Positions 38,289-52,203 of a stretch of DNA of 64,000 nucleotides are shown one piece after another. Position 1 is the stretch's first letter. Each line of letters opens with the position of its first letter. The DNA comes from Eledone cirrhosa. Lineage: Eukaryota. A program made the translations under genes and the position numbers. The notes under the pieces were generated by a model. That model had not been told where the DNA came from, ran no database searches, and saw only the letters and a list, made by a program, of their open reading frames with translations. Location of the stretch: positions 283,836,001-283,900,000 of the forward strand of contig OZ024740.1 in NCBI GenBank assembly GCA_964016885.1, read 5' to 3'.

Positions 38289-39984
38289 CCGAATTAGTGT
38301 GGTAGAGACGAGTACACAAGTTGTTGAGGTGTTTAACTTTGTCAATACTCTGATATACCCAGTTCCTGGTTGAGTTGTTATTTCACTGAGGAACTGGAAT
38401 CATATGAATTTAAACAAACGAATTTCAGCGTCAAAGGACTTCTTCTCCTCTCATTGGTCAGTTGTGAGAACATTCCTCAGTCAAAAGTCTATAGAAATTC
38501 GTTCTGAGGCAAGGCAATCTGTAGTGGTTGTTCTTGTTATTGTTAAGTACATCTGACCTCTACTCTTATGTTGGTAGTGGTGTTGGTGTTAGAGTCAGCT
38601 CAAAAAAATGATAAAGTGGTAGAAGGAATAAGGTGGTAAAGGAACAAAATAAAATAATCAAATAAAATGTGTGTGTGTTATACCCAATCTCAATGTTATA
38701 AAAATTTGTAAGGTCACTCCTCCCATTGGTCAGTTTTGAGAGCATTCCTCAGTTAAAAGTCTATAGAAATTTTTTCTGGGGTGAGGTTCCCTGTAGTGTT
38801 TGTTTTTGCTATTGTTAAGTACATCTGACCTCTACCCTTATTTTGGTAGTGTTGTTGTGGTCAGCCTATGTCTTGCTGCTGCTGACATTTAGAAGTATCT
38901 GTGTGTGTGTCTTCATCCATCCTGCCACCATCTCTCATGGTGGAGGTGGGGGGGGGGGGGGGTCTGCCATGTATATGAAGAAATAGAAGGCAATAAAATG
39001 AAGAAAACAGAAAATAAATAATAAATAGAAAATAAATAAATGAAAAATTAATAAAAAATTAAAAATTAAAAATTAAAAATGGAAATTGAAAAATGAAAAA
39101 TGAAAAATGAAAAATGAAAAATAAAAAATGAAAAATGAAAATGAAAAGTGGAAAATAGAAGTGAAGATTCAAATAAAATAAAATGTGTGTGTGCTATAAC
39201 CAATCTCAAGGTCAGAAAGATGTTGGATAAAGTGGTAGGAGGAACAAGATGGTAAAAGAATAAAACGAAATAAGATAATCAAATAAAATGTGTGTGTGTT
39301 ATAACCATTCTCAACTTAAATAGAAGGCAATAAAGTGAAGAAAACAAAATATATATATATATATAAGCTGTAGTAGTTTGCTTAAAGCATTGTAGAATAT
39401 GAAAATGAAAAGTGAGTATGTTTAGGAAGTCGTACACTGCAAGTGGGTTAGAATTACCAAGGCAACAATTCAGAAGGGAATTGAGAGAGGTGAGGTAGAA
39501 GGCAAAAAGTGGGAGAAAGAGGAAAATAAAAGGAAAAGAATGATATAATGTTACCTTCTGAACATATTTTTCCCCAATGACATCCTGATTTATATTGGCG
39601 CATTGCTTTGCAATGCACAATACCTCATGCCACAGATCCATGGCTTGATGGAATGTCATTTATTAGACAAAATTTGGGGGATTTACCATCAATTATCAAG
39701 GGGGAAATCCATAAGGAGAGGGATCCTTTGGCGAAATCAGAAATTTTCTGCCTGGTCACAAGGAAGGCAATCTCTGATTTCTCTAAATACCCTATGCTCC
39801 TCCATCCTTGATAATGGATGTAAATCCAAAAATTTGGGGGACTGATAAATTACTAAGGTAACATTCAGTCATTGTTTTCCTTTTATTTTCCTTCTCCCAC
39901 ATTTTGCCTTCTTCTGCACTTTTCTCAATTCCTTTCCTACTTGTTGCTTTGGTAATTCTAAGTCTTTGCATTGTACAACTTCCT

Positions 39985-42900
39985 AAACATATCTTCATAT
40001 ACTTAATTGCTTTATCTATCACACTGCTGCCAATTTTTATGGCTAGTCCCTCAGTTGGGTTCACATGGGGTAGGCCTTCACTGTCCTACTTATTCTCTTC
40101 ATTCAGCAGCCTCTCATAGTAAGTCTTCCATGTCTCTTTCTTTTCAGCATCAGAGAGGGAAAGTGCTCCACTGTAATTTTGGACACACTTTTCCCCAACC
40201 ACATCATGCTTTTTTCTCACATACTGTCTCACAATCCAGAACACTTAATGCCTCTGATCTTTATGATGCAGAACACGCAAAATATTTTTCTGCCCTTTTT
40301 CTTGCTAGATATACTTAGTGCCTGGCCTCACTTCTAGAAATCTTCAATGGAACTCTACAGTTAGAGGGTAAAAAAAAAACAGTCGGAGGGAGGAAAAATG
40401 GAAAAGCTGCTGAACTGTTAGAGATAGTTTCTGAAATGAGCTGGGTAAGTGGGAGTCAAGCTACTCATCCTCATAGTTAATCAGGTAGTATATGAAAGTG
40501 TCATACTTAATGACTGCTGTAGTAGTATAATCATTAACTGAGAAAAGGTGATGTTCTATAAAGACATAACTATAGGGACATAAAACTGATGGATCTAGTT
40601 ATGAAAGTCACAAAAAGAGTATTAGTACAACTAATTAGGGAAAGAATCAAATTAGATGAGACGTAGTTTGGCTTTGTGCCAAGAAGGAGTACCACAGTTC
40701 CTAGCTAAGTGTAAGCTGCTACATATATCTTTCATTGACCTGGTGTTCCTTAACCAAACTGGATGTAGTTGAGTGCCTTGTGAAAGCAGTGCAAACCAAA
40801 TACAGAAGTGCTGTCAGGAAAGTGTGAGTAGCTGATGAGTTTAATTAGGAAATCAATGTGTAGGTAGGTGTTCATTAGGATCCAGTCATCAGGCCACTTC
40901 TGTTTATTATTGTCCTCCATGACATAACAGAGCAATTTAAGACTGGGTGTCTACGAGAACTTCTGTATGCTGATGACCTGGTTTTTATAGCTGAATCTAT
41001 GGAAGAACTGAATAAATTTCTACTGTGGAAACAAAACTTAGAATCAACAACTCTGGGAAACTAAACCAGAACAACTTACCATCCTCTACACACCATCATA
41101 AACTGCAAGCAGGGTACAAATTGTTGTCCTTAAATGCTCGCAGTTTATGCAACAAGATACATCTGTTTAACTCCTATGTCAGAAGCATCGACCCTGACTT
41201 CATCACAGTCATGGAAACCTGGGCACATTCCTTACTCTGTGATGGGGTTTTCAGCATTACTGGGTACAACCTTTTCCGCAAGGACCGCATTAATCACAAG
41301 AAGTTTTTTTCTGTGACATATGTATGACCATGTCAACACTTCTGCTTGGTGTTGTTTATCGCCCCCCAAACTACCATCAGGACACACAGCTTTGCGATAT
41401 CCTCAGAGTTGCTGCCAGGAAAACAGCCACTTATGTGTTTATTGCAGGTGACTTCAATCATCCTGAGATCGATTGGGAAACCTTTCGTTGGCCACAAAGT
41501 GCAAACGATTTCCTTGAGCTAGTGCTGGACTCAAACTGGTCACAAGTAGTCACCTCTCCAACAAGAGGTGACAACACTTTGGACCTGATCTTCACCACTA
41601 CTCCTGAAGTGGTTATCAGTTGTACTACTGAGGAACCTCTAGGCGACTCTGATCATTGCCAATCTGGCTCTTGCGGGCAGCAACAAAAACCAGAACCATC
41701 TCTAATCTGCTTGCTTTGATTGGAAGAAAGCAGATTGGAACTTGTACTGCACTGAGCTACAGCGCCCAAACTGGCATGAGTTCTATAACTCTGGAGATGT
41801 GAATACTATACTCCAGAGCATCCTGGACTCAATATGGATAGTGTGTGCAGCATTGGTGCCACGTAAGCAAAAAAAAACCCACCCCAAAAGTGCAATTTGG
41901 GAAACTTCAGCGGTCCAACTTGCCAGGAAAGAACGTTGGAATGCTGACCGGGAATATAAACTGCATAAATCAGATGCCCACAGAAAAAAGCGGAATAAAT
42001 CTTCCAACCATCTCAAGCAAGTGACAAAAAAAGCAGTGCTTGAATTTGAACAGTGCATAGCAACCAATCCTGACAGTAAGGTGTTCTGGAAATATGTACA
42101 TTCAAAGCAGAGACCTCACTCTCCAGTGGTCCTCTTCGCAATCCCCACACAAGCCAGATCACTGACGATCCCAAATAATGCACAGAACTTATTGCTGAGT
42201 GCTATGCAAGCATTTTTACTGTTGAAAACCAGAATGTACCATCTCCACCATCTCTAACATCAAATTCCATAAGAACTATGGAATTTACACCTGCAATGTT
42301 GCGACGTCACCTTAAGAATAAGCACAACTATGCCTCCCCTGGTCTTGATGGTGTTACATACCTGCTTCTCAAACTTACTTTTGTACCAGCTTTCTTTCTT
42401 CTTTCAATACTGTCTCAACAATGGTGCTACTCCGGAGCAGTGGAAAACTGCCAGTGTCATTCCTCTGTTCAAAAAGGGTGACCGCACGTCACCTGTCAAC
42501 TATCGTCCAGTCAGTCTTACTAGCTGTATTGCCAAACTGATGGAATCCTGTGTCAGAGAAACACTTTGGAACTTCTGGAGCTCTCACAGCCTCATCCGGC
42601 CCTCGCAGTTTGGATTTATCCCTAACTCCAGCTGCTGTGATCAGCTTATCGAGTTCCTTGAAGACATTACCCGGATCACTGACAGCGGCTCATGGGTGGA
42701 TGTTGTTTACCTTGACTTTGCTAAGGCTTTTAATTCTGTGCCACACAAAAGACTTATGGCAAAACTCTCTGCAATGGGTGTGAGGGATGATCTTTTTAAC
42801 TGGTTGAAATCCTTCATTCTCAGCTGAAAAGAGGTAGTCACGATTCTAGGACAGCATTCTTCACCATATGAGATGTCATCTGGTGTACCACAGGGATCTG

Positions 42901-44370
42901 TTCTAGGTCCCCTTTTGTTTGTGACATATATTAATGACATAGATGCCAACTTAAAGAATGCCACGGTACTGAAATATGCAGATGACATCAAGCTGTACCT
43001 TGAAATCAAAAGAACTGATCCTGAAATCTACAATTCTTTCCTACAATCAGACCTGGACACAATGCAGCAATGGATCACAGACTGGCAACTGAAGCTGGCT
43101 GTGGACAAGTGTACCACCATGCATTTTGGGAGGAAAAATCCAGCATCCACATACTCCCTCCACAACACTGATATCAAGAAGCCCTCTTGTGAACGTGACC
43201 AGGGCATTAGTGTCAGCAGCGATTTGCGTTGGACAAAGCATGTCTCTAAGATTGTCAAGAAGGCCGAGGGTATCTTGGCATCACTCAGCAAAACCTTTGT
43301 TAGCCACTCTCCAGCCATCTATTTAAAGCTGTATACAGCTATGGTACGATCACACTTGGAATTCGCATCATCAGTCTGGAACCCCTATCTTGCTCAGAAC
43401 ATTGACCTCCTGGAAACTGTTCAGAGACGTGCAACCAAGCGCATACCCTCCATCAGACACCTACCATACTCTGAACGCCTTGCTTCCCTGGGCATGGATT
43501 CATTGAAGCTCCAACGTCTGGCAATGGACTTGGTAAACACCCACAAAGTTATTAACCATCTCGCCAACAACAACCCGGAGCACCTTTTTGATCTCCATGT
43601 GTCTAACACACGTGGACATGCCTACAAAGTCAGAAAACAGCACAGCTCCCATGACTTTCGGAAACATTTTTTCACGCTCAGAGTTGCTGAAGCATAGAAC
43701 AAACTGCCTGTGTCAGTTGTTAGCTGCCGAGACACTGCATCCTTTAAAACCCTCATGCTTCCCGAAATTCGCCAAAACTACACCTGATGTACCCCTTCCA
43801 TACACATGCACACATGTGTATATCATAACTCATGCACTGTTCATTTTCCTGACGTTTGTACATTACCCTATGTACTATACATACACTTTTTGATGAGTTG
43901 TAGTGCACCTGAGCACTGTACACAATATTTCATTATTATAATCAACAGGGCGCAGAAAAAATTAGCAAAGACCAATGTTTTGATAAGAAAGAAGACAGAA
44001 CACTGATCCCATCAGGGAAGTGGCCGGGCTTGATGTGTAGAAAAGGAGAAGGTAGGAACTCTATACAATGTATACAATGTACACAACAAGCAGTGTGGTG
44101 GGATTATAAATAGAGTAACTACAAAAGTAGACTTTATTTGTGGGAGATGCTCAAGGGTTAGTAGTAAGAGCTCCAGTGAAATAAACCTTTTTCAAACTCT
44201 AAAGAGGTAGTTAATAGCTTCTATTACCTAGGTGACCTAATTAGCAATGAAGGAAGTTGCTCTGAAAGCATTTTAGCTAAAATAAGAACAGGATGAAAAA
44301 GGTTCAGAGAGATACTACCTCTGTAGACAACAAAAGGATTCTCCCTGTGAATGAAAAGCCTGTTGTAAGA
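39985..44370 (+). mobile_element. Old RTE LINE with inverted 5' segment (39985-40340, minus strand), interrupted by a CR1 insertion
   Basis: The minus segment reads YYERLLNEEN...NPTEGLAIKI...KAIKYMK. The plus segment continues GKA...NYRDIKLMD...FGFVP...ELLYADDL...KQNLES, and resumes after 43940 with LAKT...PSGKWP. Confidence 0.75.
41050..43939 (+). mobile_element. CR1-type LINE ORF2 (APE plus RT), frameshifted, with 8-bp TSD
   Basis: Motifs VVYRPP, AGDFNHPEIDW, LDLIFT, GDSDH, YLDFAKAFNSVPH, SGVPQGSVLGPLLF and KYADD. Short (ATT)n tail. aatcaaca occurs at 41042-41049 and 43940-43947. Confidence 0.88.
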
Positions 44371-44815
44371 CAACCAAAACATTCCAAAAAAATATTTGCA
44401 AATGCAAAAATTCACAAATCTACACGCAACAAAATATGAAAGACCTATTTGCAAAATGTTTGAATATATGCGGGAAGCTGTCAAAATTTAAATATGAAGA
44501 TGGAAAACCTTTTAAAGTTAAAAACAGTTTCACATACTCATCTGGTAATCTAGTCTATATTTTAACATGTGGAGCGAATTCTATCAGAATAACTAGCATT
44601 AGTTTACAAAAATAGGTGATCACCTACCGACAACAACTTTGAGATATAAATACAGGAAACATTCCATTGGACATATAGAGAAATGTGCCAGAAGAGATCT
44701 TCCCAACTCCGGATTTTTTCCTATTTATCAATTTGCCAACTACATTACAGAACAATAAAGAATAAACAAGGAGAAATCAATAATTATTAAATATAAACTG
44801 CACTTAACTACTTAG
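44370..44815 (+). pseudogene. Penelope GIY-YIG fragment
   Basis: Decayed similarity to 1017-1565 (RPICKM, LVYILTC, FFPIYQF, IIKYKLHLN). Confidence 0.6.
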
Positions 44816-45178
44816 GAAAAATATCCTGCCAAAATCTCACGTACCAAGTCACATGGCTACAGCTAGTATTCTTACATTTTAAAATTTAATACTCAAATTC
44901 TAACATTCTTTCATAGCATCCTGCAATAAAGTTAAAGATTAAATTACATTTAATGAGTAGATACATGCAGAAAGCCAGTTGAGATTATTACTGTTGATCA
45001 TAACTAGTGATTAACTGTTTCTAATTTTGGCACAAGGCCAGCAATTACACCAGTGCATTGCTGGTACTTTATTTTATCGACCCCATAAGGATGAAAAGCA
45101 AAGAATTCATATATTATTTTTATTATTATAAACTGTAGATAAATAGATAGATAGATAGATAGATTGATAGAGAGAGAG

Positions 45179-45228
<50 letters not shown>

Positions 45229-45236
<8 letters not shown>

Positions 45237-45720
45237 ATACTTTGGGAGGGTCATGTTGCCAATAAGAAACACACGCACCAGTTGCTTTCACTTCAATTTA
45301 TTATATATTTATAAATTTACAAATTTATAAATTTATAAATTTCTGGTTGGTTGGTTGGTTCCACAACCAGATAGTTGTTTACAACACACACACAGAAACA
45401 AAATGGCGTAGGACAGAACAAAGGAGAGGCACAGAAACAAAGAAAGGAATCCCCAGTCACTGAAGAGGTCACAGAGTGTGTGACGAAAGGACTATGACTA
45501 TATATAAACAACTAAACAACTATCTGGTTGTGGAACCAACCAACCAACCAGAAATTTATAAATTTATAAATTTGTAAATTTATAAATATATAATAAATTG
45601 AAGTGAAAGCAACTGGTGCGTGTGTTTCTTATTGGCAACATGACCCTCCCAAAGTATAACAATATCGGTTTCAACACACGATTTCAGATAAAGAATCTTC
45701 CTGAACAAATTCAGAAACGA
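45229..45720. repeat. Fold-back pLTR-like element, same family as 30236-30725
   Basis: Arms at about 45229-45380 and 45515-45665 are inverted. Confidence 0.85.
45455..45499 (+). ncRNA. Type I minimal hammerhead motif
   Basis: agtca-CTGAAGA-gGTCACAgagtgTGTGAC-GAAA-ggac-TA-tgact. Confidence 0.75.
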
Positions 45721-45744
45721 AATATATATATATATATATATATA

Positions 45745-45984
45745 AGAGTGTTGGACTTACGATCGTAATGTCGTGAGTTCGATTCCTGGGTTGCATGTTC
45801 TGTTCTTGAGCAAAACGCTTCAGTTCACGTTGCTCCAGTATACTCAGCTGAAAATGAGTACCAGCAATAGCTGGGGGTTTAACCCTGTGGTGGACTGGTG
45901 TCCTATCCAGAGGGGAGTCTTGTACTCTCAATCACTTCACGCCATGGAACCAGGATAAGCACCGGCCAAATGACAGACTTTAGA

Positions 45985-45988
<4 letters not shown>
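45745..45988 (+). mobile_element. Second SINE family copy, within (TA)n
   Basis: Homologous to 31655-31915. Confidence 0.75.
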
Positions 45989-46024
<36 letters not shown>

Positions 46025-46067
46025 CATGCTAGCGTGGAAGATAGACGTTAAACGATGATGATGATGA

Positions 46068-46103
<36 letters not shown>

Positions 46104-46605
46104 GAGAGAGAGAGACTCAGGCACTCTGCCACCACTACTGCACACATGCCCACATACAGTACATACATCCAAAAATGCTTGTCCACTTCACCTCTAGATA
46201 AACCCCTCCCATTTTCCTATGTTCCCTTCCAATCTCTACTCTCTCCTAACTTCACTCTTTTCTGATGAAAGACTAACATCCAATACATTGAGACATTGTT
46301 TTTTTCCACAAACAACTGTTAAACAAATATTTTGTGTTGTTATTCTTCATATTTATCTTCTTTATTTTACCTGCAACTACACACACACACACACACACAC
46401 ACATCTTATAAATTATCAAAGCATGAAAATTTAGGAATCCCAATCTGTTATAATGGTTTGTCACACCTGTTTTGTATATCTGTATGAAATGAGGTTAAAA
46501 CCTAAGGTATTCACCAGGCTTAATTCTGAACTACCAATGAGAGACTACAATGAGACTTCCTACACAGAGTCTACCTGACAGTTAACTTCTGATATTATTT
46601 ATAGC

Positions 46606-46995
46606 TGGATTGGCAGTATCGGTAGAGGGTCAGACGCCATGCTTTCTAGCATAGTTATGTCCCTTTATGATCTGAGTTCAAATCCCGCCGAGGTTAACTT
46701 TGCCTTTCATCCTTACGAGGTCGATAAAATAAAGTACCAGTTATGTACTGGGTAATTGCTGGCCTTGTGCCAAAAAGTAGAAACAATTATTTATAGACTT
46801 TAGGGCGGTGGATTGGCAGTACCGGTAGAGGGTCGGACACCATACTTTGACGCATAGAGTTACGGCCCTTGCCATTCTGAGTTCAAATCTCGTCGAGGTT
46901 AACTTTGCCTTTCATCCTTACGGGGTCGATAAAATAAAGTACCAGTAATGCACTGGGTAATTGCTGGCCTTGTGCCAAAAGTAGAAACAATTATT
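46606..46995 (+). mobile_element. Two head-to-tail tRNA-derived SINEs
   Basis: Two complete head-core-tail units with attatttata junctions. Confidence 0.85.
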
Positions 46996-47616
46996 TATAA
47001 ACTTTTCATCTAGTCCATTTTTAGTTATGCAGGATTGTTCAGAGGTTTTTCCCCACAACACAAACACATAAAATAACTGTAATAGCAATCAATTATTATA
47101 AATAATAGCTTGATGGTAAAATCACTCAGCTAGAATTCAAGTTATACAGAGTTCAATTCTTTGTTGTGGTTGCTGGCCACTTTTCCATTTCTATGGGGTA
47201 TTTCTGTTGAAATGTCCTTTGATACAAATGTGCAGTGGTCTTATAGTGCTTTCAATGTAAAATTCCCCACATTTGCCACATTGGATATGGTATACCATGT
47301 ATATCTGTAAGTACATGTCCGTTTGTAGATGGGGCAGTTCACCAGTGTACATTGCTACTATTGTTTTCAAGCAATTTTTTTAAAAGCATTTCTGCAGTGA
47401 AGAGCTGGAGTGGACTGTATATCCAAACCAGCCCAGTGCCAATCTAGTTTCTTCTATTAATCTTTTGAAGAAGGGTTTTTAACCCAAAAAATAAGGACCT
47501 ATAAAGAACTGCAAGATAACACCCAACATCATAGTTTTAATATTTTTAACCTTCCAATTCACATTGTGATACAAAACACAATTTTCTTCACTTTCCACAA
47601 GCAAACTACAGCACCT

Positions 47617-47649
<33 letters not shown>

Positions 47650-47654
<5 letters not shown>

Positions 47655-48193
47655 GGTAGTCACGGAATAGGCAGACCTAGAAAAACCTGGGACGAGCTGA
47701 TAAACTCCGACATCACACACTTACACCTCTCCAAGACAATGTCACTGGACCGAGACCTTTGGCGGTACTCAGTAACAGAGAAGACCCGCCTTACCTAAAT
47801 ATATAGTAAAACCTACTCCAGCCAGTAGGCATCTCTAACAAATACACCCCGTCCCACCACCCCCACCCGATCCACACCACCCCGTTCTATGTAAAGTTAT
47901 GTTGGTGCCGCGCCATCGAGGCCGAAACAAATGAGATCGTGTAGGTGTCACGACAAAAAAACACACAGTCCACGCTGTAATGTGGCCGTGTAGGCAACAC
48001 GGTAAAAACCTCCCAGACCCACACTGTAAATGTGGTTGGTGTTAGGAAGGGCATCCAACTGTAGAAAACCTGCCAGACAGTCCTATGCGAGCAAGACAAT
48101 CACTCTTGCCTCAAGTGGGACTACCCCCGTCCAAACCCATGCAAGCGTGGAACACGGACGTTAAACGCTGATGATGATGATGATGATGATGAT
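47650..48193 (+). mobile_element. RTE 3' end, near-identical to about 36880-37391
   Basis: Direct sequence match apart from a roughly 28-bp indel, with (GAT)n tail and TA repeats on both sides. Confidence 0.9.
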
Positions 48194-48302
48194 ATATATA
48201 CCCATACTAGCGTGGAAAGTGGACGTTAAATGAGGATCATGAAGATGATGATATATCAATGATATTAATAAATGGAAACTATATTTATATAACCATATTT
48301 AT

Positions 48303-48357
48303 TCTATTATATATATTTCAAGGGTACCAAAACTTTGGTACACTCTCATCAGATAAA
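48303..48357 (-). ncRNA. Type I hammerhead motif
   Basis: tttat-CTGATGA-GAGtGTACCAAAgtTTTGGTACcCTT-GAAA-TATATA-TA-ataga. Confidence 0.7.
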
Positions 48358-48823
48358 ATACAAAGTTTGTTTTATAAATATTGACATATCCAGGAACGAG
48401 ATCTTAACAGTTCAAGTTTTACCTGGATAGATATATATACACCCCAACCCACTACCCCTATTCTATCCTCCCACTCCCACCAACACCACCTTTTCTTTGT
48501 AAAGTTATGTTGGAACCACAACATCCAGTCCAAACTAAAAAGGTTGTGTAGGTGTCATGACAAAAAAGCACCCAGTCCACGCTGGAAAGAGGTCATGTAG
48601 GAGACACGGTAAAAAGGCTCCCAGTTCACACTGTAAATGTGGTTGGAAGGGCATGCAGCCGTAGAAAACCTGCCAGATGCAGTCCTATATGAGCGAGACA
48701 CGGTCACCTGATCAATCTTACTTCAAGTGGGACAATTCCTCTCTAACCCATGCTAGCATGGAAGATAGACATTAAACGATGATGATGATGATGATGATAT
48801 ATATATATATATATAAATAAATA

Positions 48824-49110
48824 ATATTAATAAATGGAAACTATCTTTATAAAACCATATTTATTTTATTATATATATTTCAAGGGTACCAAACAAAATT
48901 TTGGCATGCTCTCATCAGATAAAATACAAAAATTGTTTTACAGATAGTGACATATCCAAAAACAAGAACTTATCGTTTTAAAACTATCTGTAAAACAACT
49001 TTTGTATTTTATCTGATGAGAGCGTGCCAAAATTTTGGTACCCTTGAAATATATATAATAAAATAAAATAAATATGGTTTTATAAAGATAGTTTCCATTT
49101 ATTAATATTA
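48824..49110. repeat. Fold-back pLTR-like element with hammerheads in both arms
   Basis: Arms at about 48824-48947 and 48985-49110. A further copy lies at about 48260-48410. Confidence 0.85.
49005..49065 (+). ncRNA. Type I hammerhead motif, canonical core, 8-bp stem I
   Basis: tattttat-CTGATGA-GAGcGTGCCAAAatTTTGGTACcCTT-GAAA-TATATA-TA-ataaaata. Confidence 0.8.
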
Positions 49111-49736
49111 TTGATATTATACTCCAGAAAAAAACTGTAGAGTGCTTCAAATCTGTTATAAATAAATTTGTTGAATAACCAACAAATTAAATAACTCTTT
49201 GCTTATATATATAAATAAATAAATAAATAAATAAATACACAAACACAATAACAACAAGCACATAAACACACACTAGTCACCCATCACACAGCAAACAAAA
49301 CACTATACACACACGCAAACGCATGCGCAAAGAAGACAAAATAAAATAAACAAACAAGCAAATAAATAAATAAATATATAGACAGACTGAATAAAAATGG
49401 CGTAGACATATAATACAACAGGAGGAAACGATAACACCACTGACGATGTTGCAGATGTGCAACGAAAGATTTATGATAAACTATATATATGTGTTTGTGT
49501 CTATATTGTATCTGTATTATTTTTGACCGTGGGTCAGTCAATGGCAACATTGAGGACCGAGTAAGTTAGATTACCGATATAAAAGACACAGAAGCGAGAA
49601 GCGAAAACCAACCAAACAGTGAGTGTGTTCTGTTATTAATTCTGGCAATATTACACAAATATGACCCTCCCCAAGTATAACAATATTTGTTTCGACACAC
49701 GATTTCATAAAAAACTTCGCAAAACTAATTCATCGC

Positions 49737-49819
<83 letters not shown>

Positions 49820-50015
49820 TTAAAGTAATTACCAAATAGGTTTTTACATTAAATATTGATTTACGAACGTTTCGTTCCCTTATTGCGACTTATCAAAATT
49901 AGCTCTGTCTATAACATTATGGCGTCCTTTTAAATTTTAAATGTAAACATATCCTCTGCTGGCTGTTGGGTGGTTTTGTGAGACTTATAATGAGACTTTT
50001 ACTTATAAATAGCTA

Positions 50016-50056
50016 ATTTTGACAAGTCCCAATAAGGAGACGAAACGTTCGTAAAT
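50016..50056 (+). ncRNA. Type I hammerhead motif, U3:A8 variant; inverted partner at 49859-49899
   Basis: att-TTGACAA-GTCccaataaggaGAC-GAAA-CGttCG-TA-aat. The partner arm has TTGATAA. Confidence 0.65.
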
Positions 50057-50768
50057 CAATAGTTAATGTAATTACTTTAACTGCTAGCATGTGTAGTGTA
50101 CGTATTGATATTATACACAAATATATTAAATAAAATCGTAATTGACAATATGCAGAGAAATTGAATGAAGACTGCGTTACACTTTCTTAAGTAATCAGTA
50201 ACGTAATCCATGATACATTAAAAAAACACGATATTATATATAAACTGCATTAGGAGAAAATTAGTGATGGAAATATATGAATGTTTATTTAAGAGATTGC
50301 TAACTGGAAGTGTTGACATTTGAAAATTTTAAAGACGTGAATCTTTAAATAAACAATAAAATATATTTAATCAACAGCTACGAAATTTAGTAGATAAATT
50401 ATGTAATATTCATTTATTATTTATTCAAAGTAATTGTTTCTACTTTTTGGCACAAGGCCAGCAATTATCACAGTGCATTACTGGTGCTTCATTTCATCCT
50501 TACAGGGTCGATAAAATGAAGCACCAGTAATGCACTATGATAATTGCTGGCCTTGTGCCAAAAAGTAGAAACAATTATTTATTCAAAATAATACAACTTA
50601 TTTTACTAATGGGAAAAAAAATTATAAACCGTACGCAGTCCCGCACTCCTTACTTTATTATTATAATAAATTACAGTATTTTGTGCTGTTTTAACTTCTC
50701 CACCTGTTTCCAATTTTTTATATTATTTTTCTAAAAAAACGATATCGTTTTCATATATATATTCATAA

Positions 50769-50800
<32 letters not shown>

Positions 50801-50891
50801 AGCAATATCAGTAGATGAGAAAAGGAAAAAGGAAAACAGTGCACAATTGGGAAGAGAGCAGAAATATTATATTATTTATTTTAAATTCATA

Positions 50892-51829
50892 CTAACAGCA
50901 GAACCTGGCATTGCACGGGGTAGGAAACGTAAAATAGCAACATGCATATGCAAAGATTGAGAAATGTAGCTGTGTACTTTTTGAATTCCCTTTTTCTCGG
51001 GGAAGGATTGTTCTTCTACTAGAAACGTAGAACACCAGCAGGCCGAATCCAGTAGTAGCAGTGTCAGTGGGTTGATTGTGGAAATCCTGTATGCGAAAGG
51101 AGTAAGTAAGTGTTGTGGGGCGATGTATGTCGTAAGTCTGTTCATGAATTACGTCACGGATGGGGAACACACGTCAGTCTGAAGGAGCGGCGTAGTCAAA
51201 TGTGTGAAAACCAAGTAGGAATGTACGTTTAAGTAGGGATATTGAGATGACGAAATCAGCGTGGCAACGCAGCTGCAGCAGAAGGGGGTCATAGTGCAAT
51301 TAGCACAAATGCTGGGCAACACTGGTTGCACTGCGTTTACACAGCAACAAAGGTGCAACAAAAGGGGTCACCATGAAATTAGCACAACCGCTGTACGGTG
51401 TACCTGTGCAGGGCGTTCATATTGCTATGTAGGTGCAACAAAAGGGGTCTTAGTAGAAGTAGCACAGACGTGAGTTTTACTGTGTCAATAACACGGCAAC
51501 GTACACAGGGCCCAGATTTGCGCATGATGAAAGCATGAAGCGTCAACAGGGCACCGACAAAAATTTTAAGGTCCTCCTCATTTCCTCAATCTCCCGAAAT
51601 CGGCTGGATTATCTTTAAGTTACGCCTCAAAAAAGACTAAAAATGTCTAAAAAATGCGGTTTTTCGCCTAATGCGGGCCCAAGGGCAGAAAAAGATAATA
51701 AATATTTTTGCCCATTGCACTTCGAGAAATATAAGTAACGCATGTGTAAAGTTTGAAAAAAATCGATCAGGTACTTCTCGAGTTTTAGGAATTTACACAG
51801 ACAGACATCCTCTGTTTTATATATATAAA
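50892..51829 (-). mobile_element. Non-autonomous Helitron-like element
   Basis: 5' A|TTTATATATATAAAACAGAGGATGTCTGTCTG...CTAAAACTCGAGAA and 3' CCCGTGCAATGCCAGG...GTTAG|T. These are degenerate TC and CTAG ends with a subterminal hairpin. Confidence 0.65.
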
Positions 51830-52203
51830 TAAATGCCTATTTTGATGCATCTTGTTTTCTGGAGATATGATTAAATTTAGACCTTGAAACCTTGGGTAGT
51901 GCCTTTGTTCTGTGTATGAACATGAATAAATAATATAATTCACATTTACATATATAGTTATATATATATATATATGTGGGTGGTGTGTTTGTGTATCCCG
52001 GGTTCAATTAGAGGTAACCACAGTAAGTAAGGTACTCAATACATAGCAGAGTATAAATATTTAATAGAAATGGCTTCTACAGGACTAGAACTGTTTCATT
52101 CAAAGGAAATCATCACGGCTTTCCTGATGATTTCCTTCGAATGAAACAGTTCTAGCCCTGTAGAAGCCATTTCTATTAAGTACATATATGTATATCATTA
52201 TAT

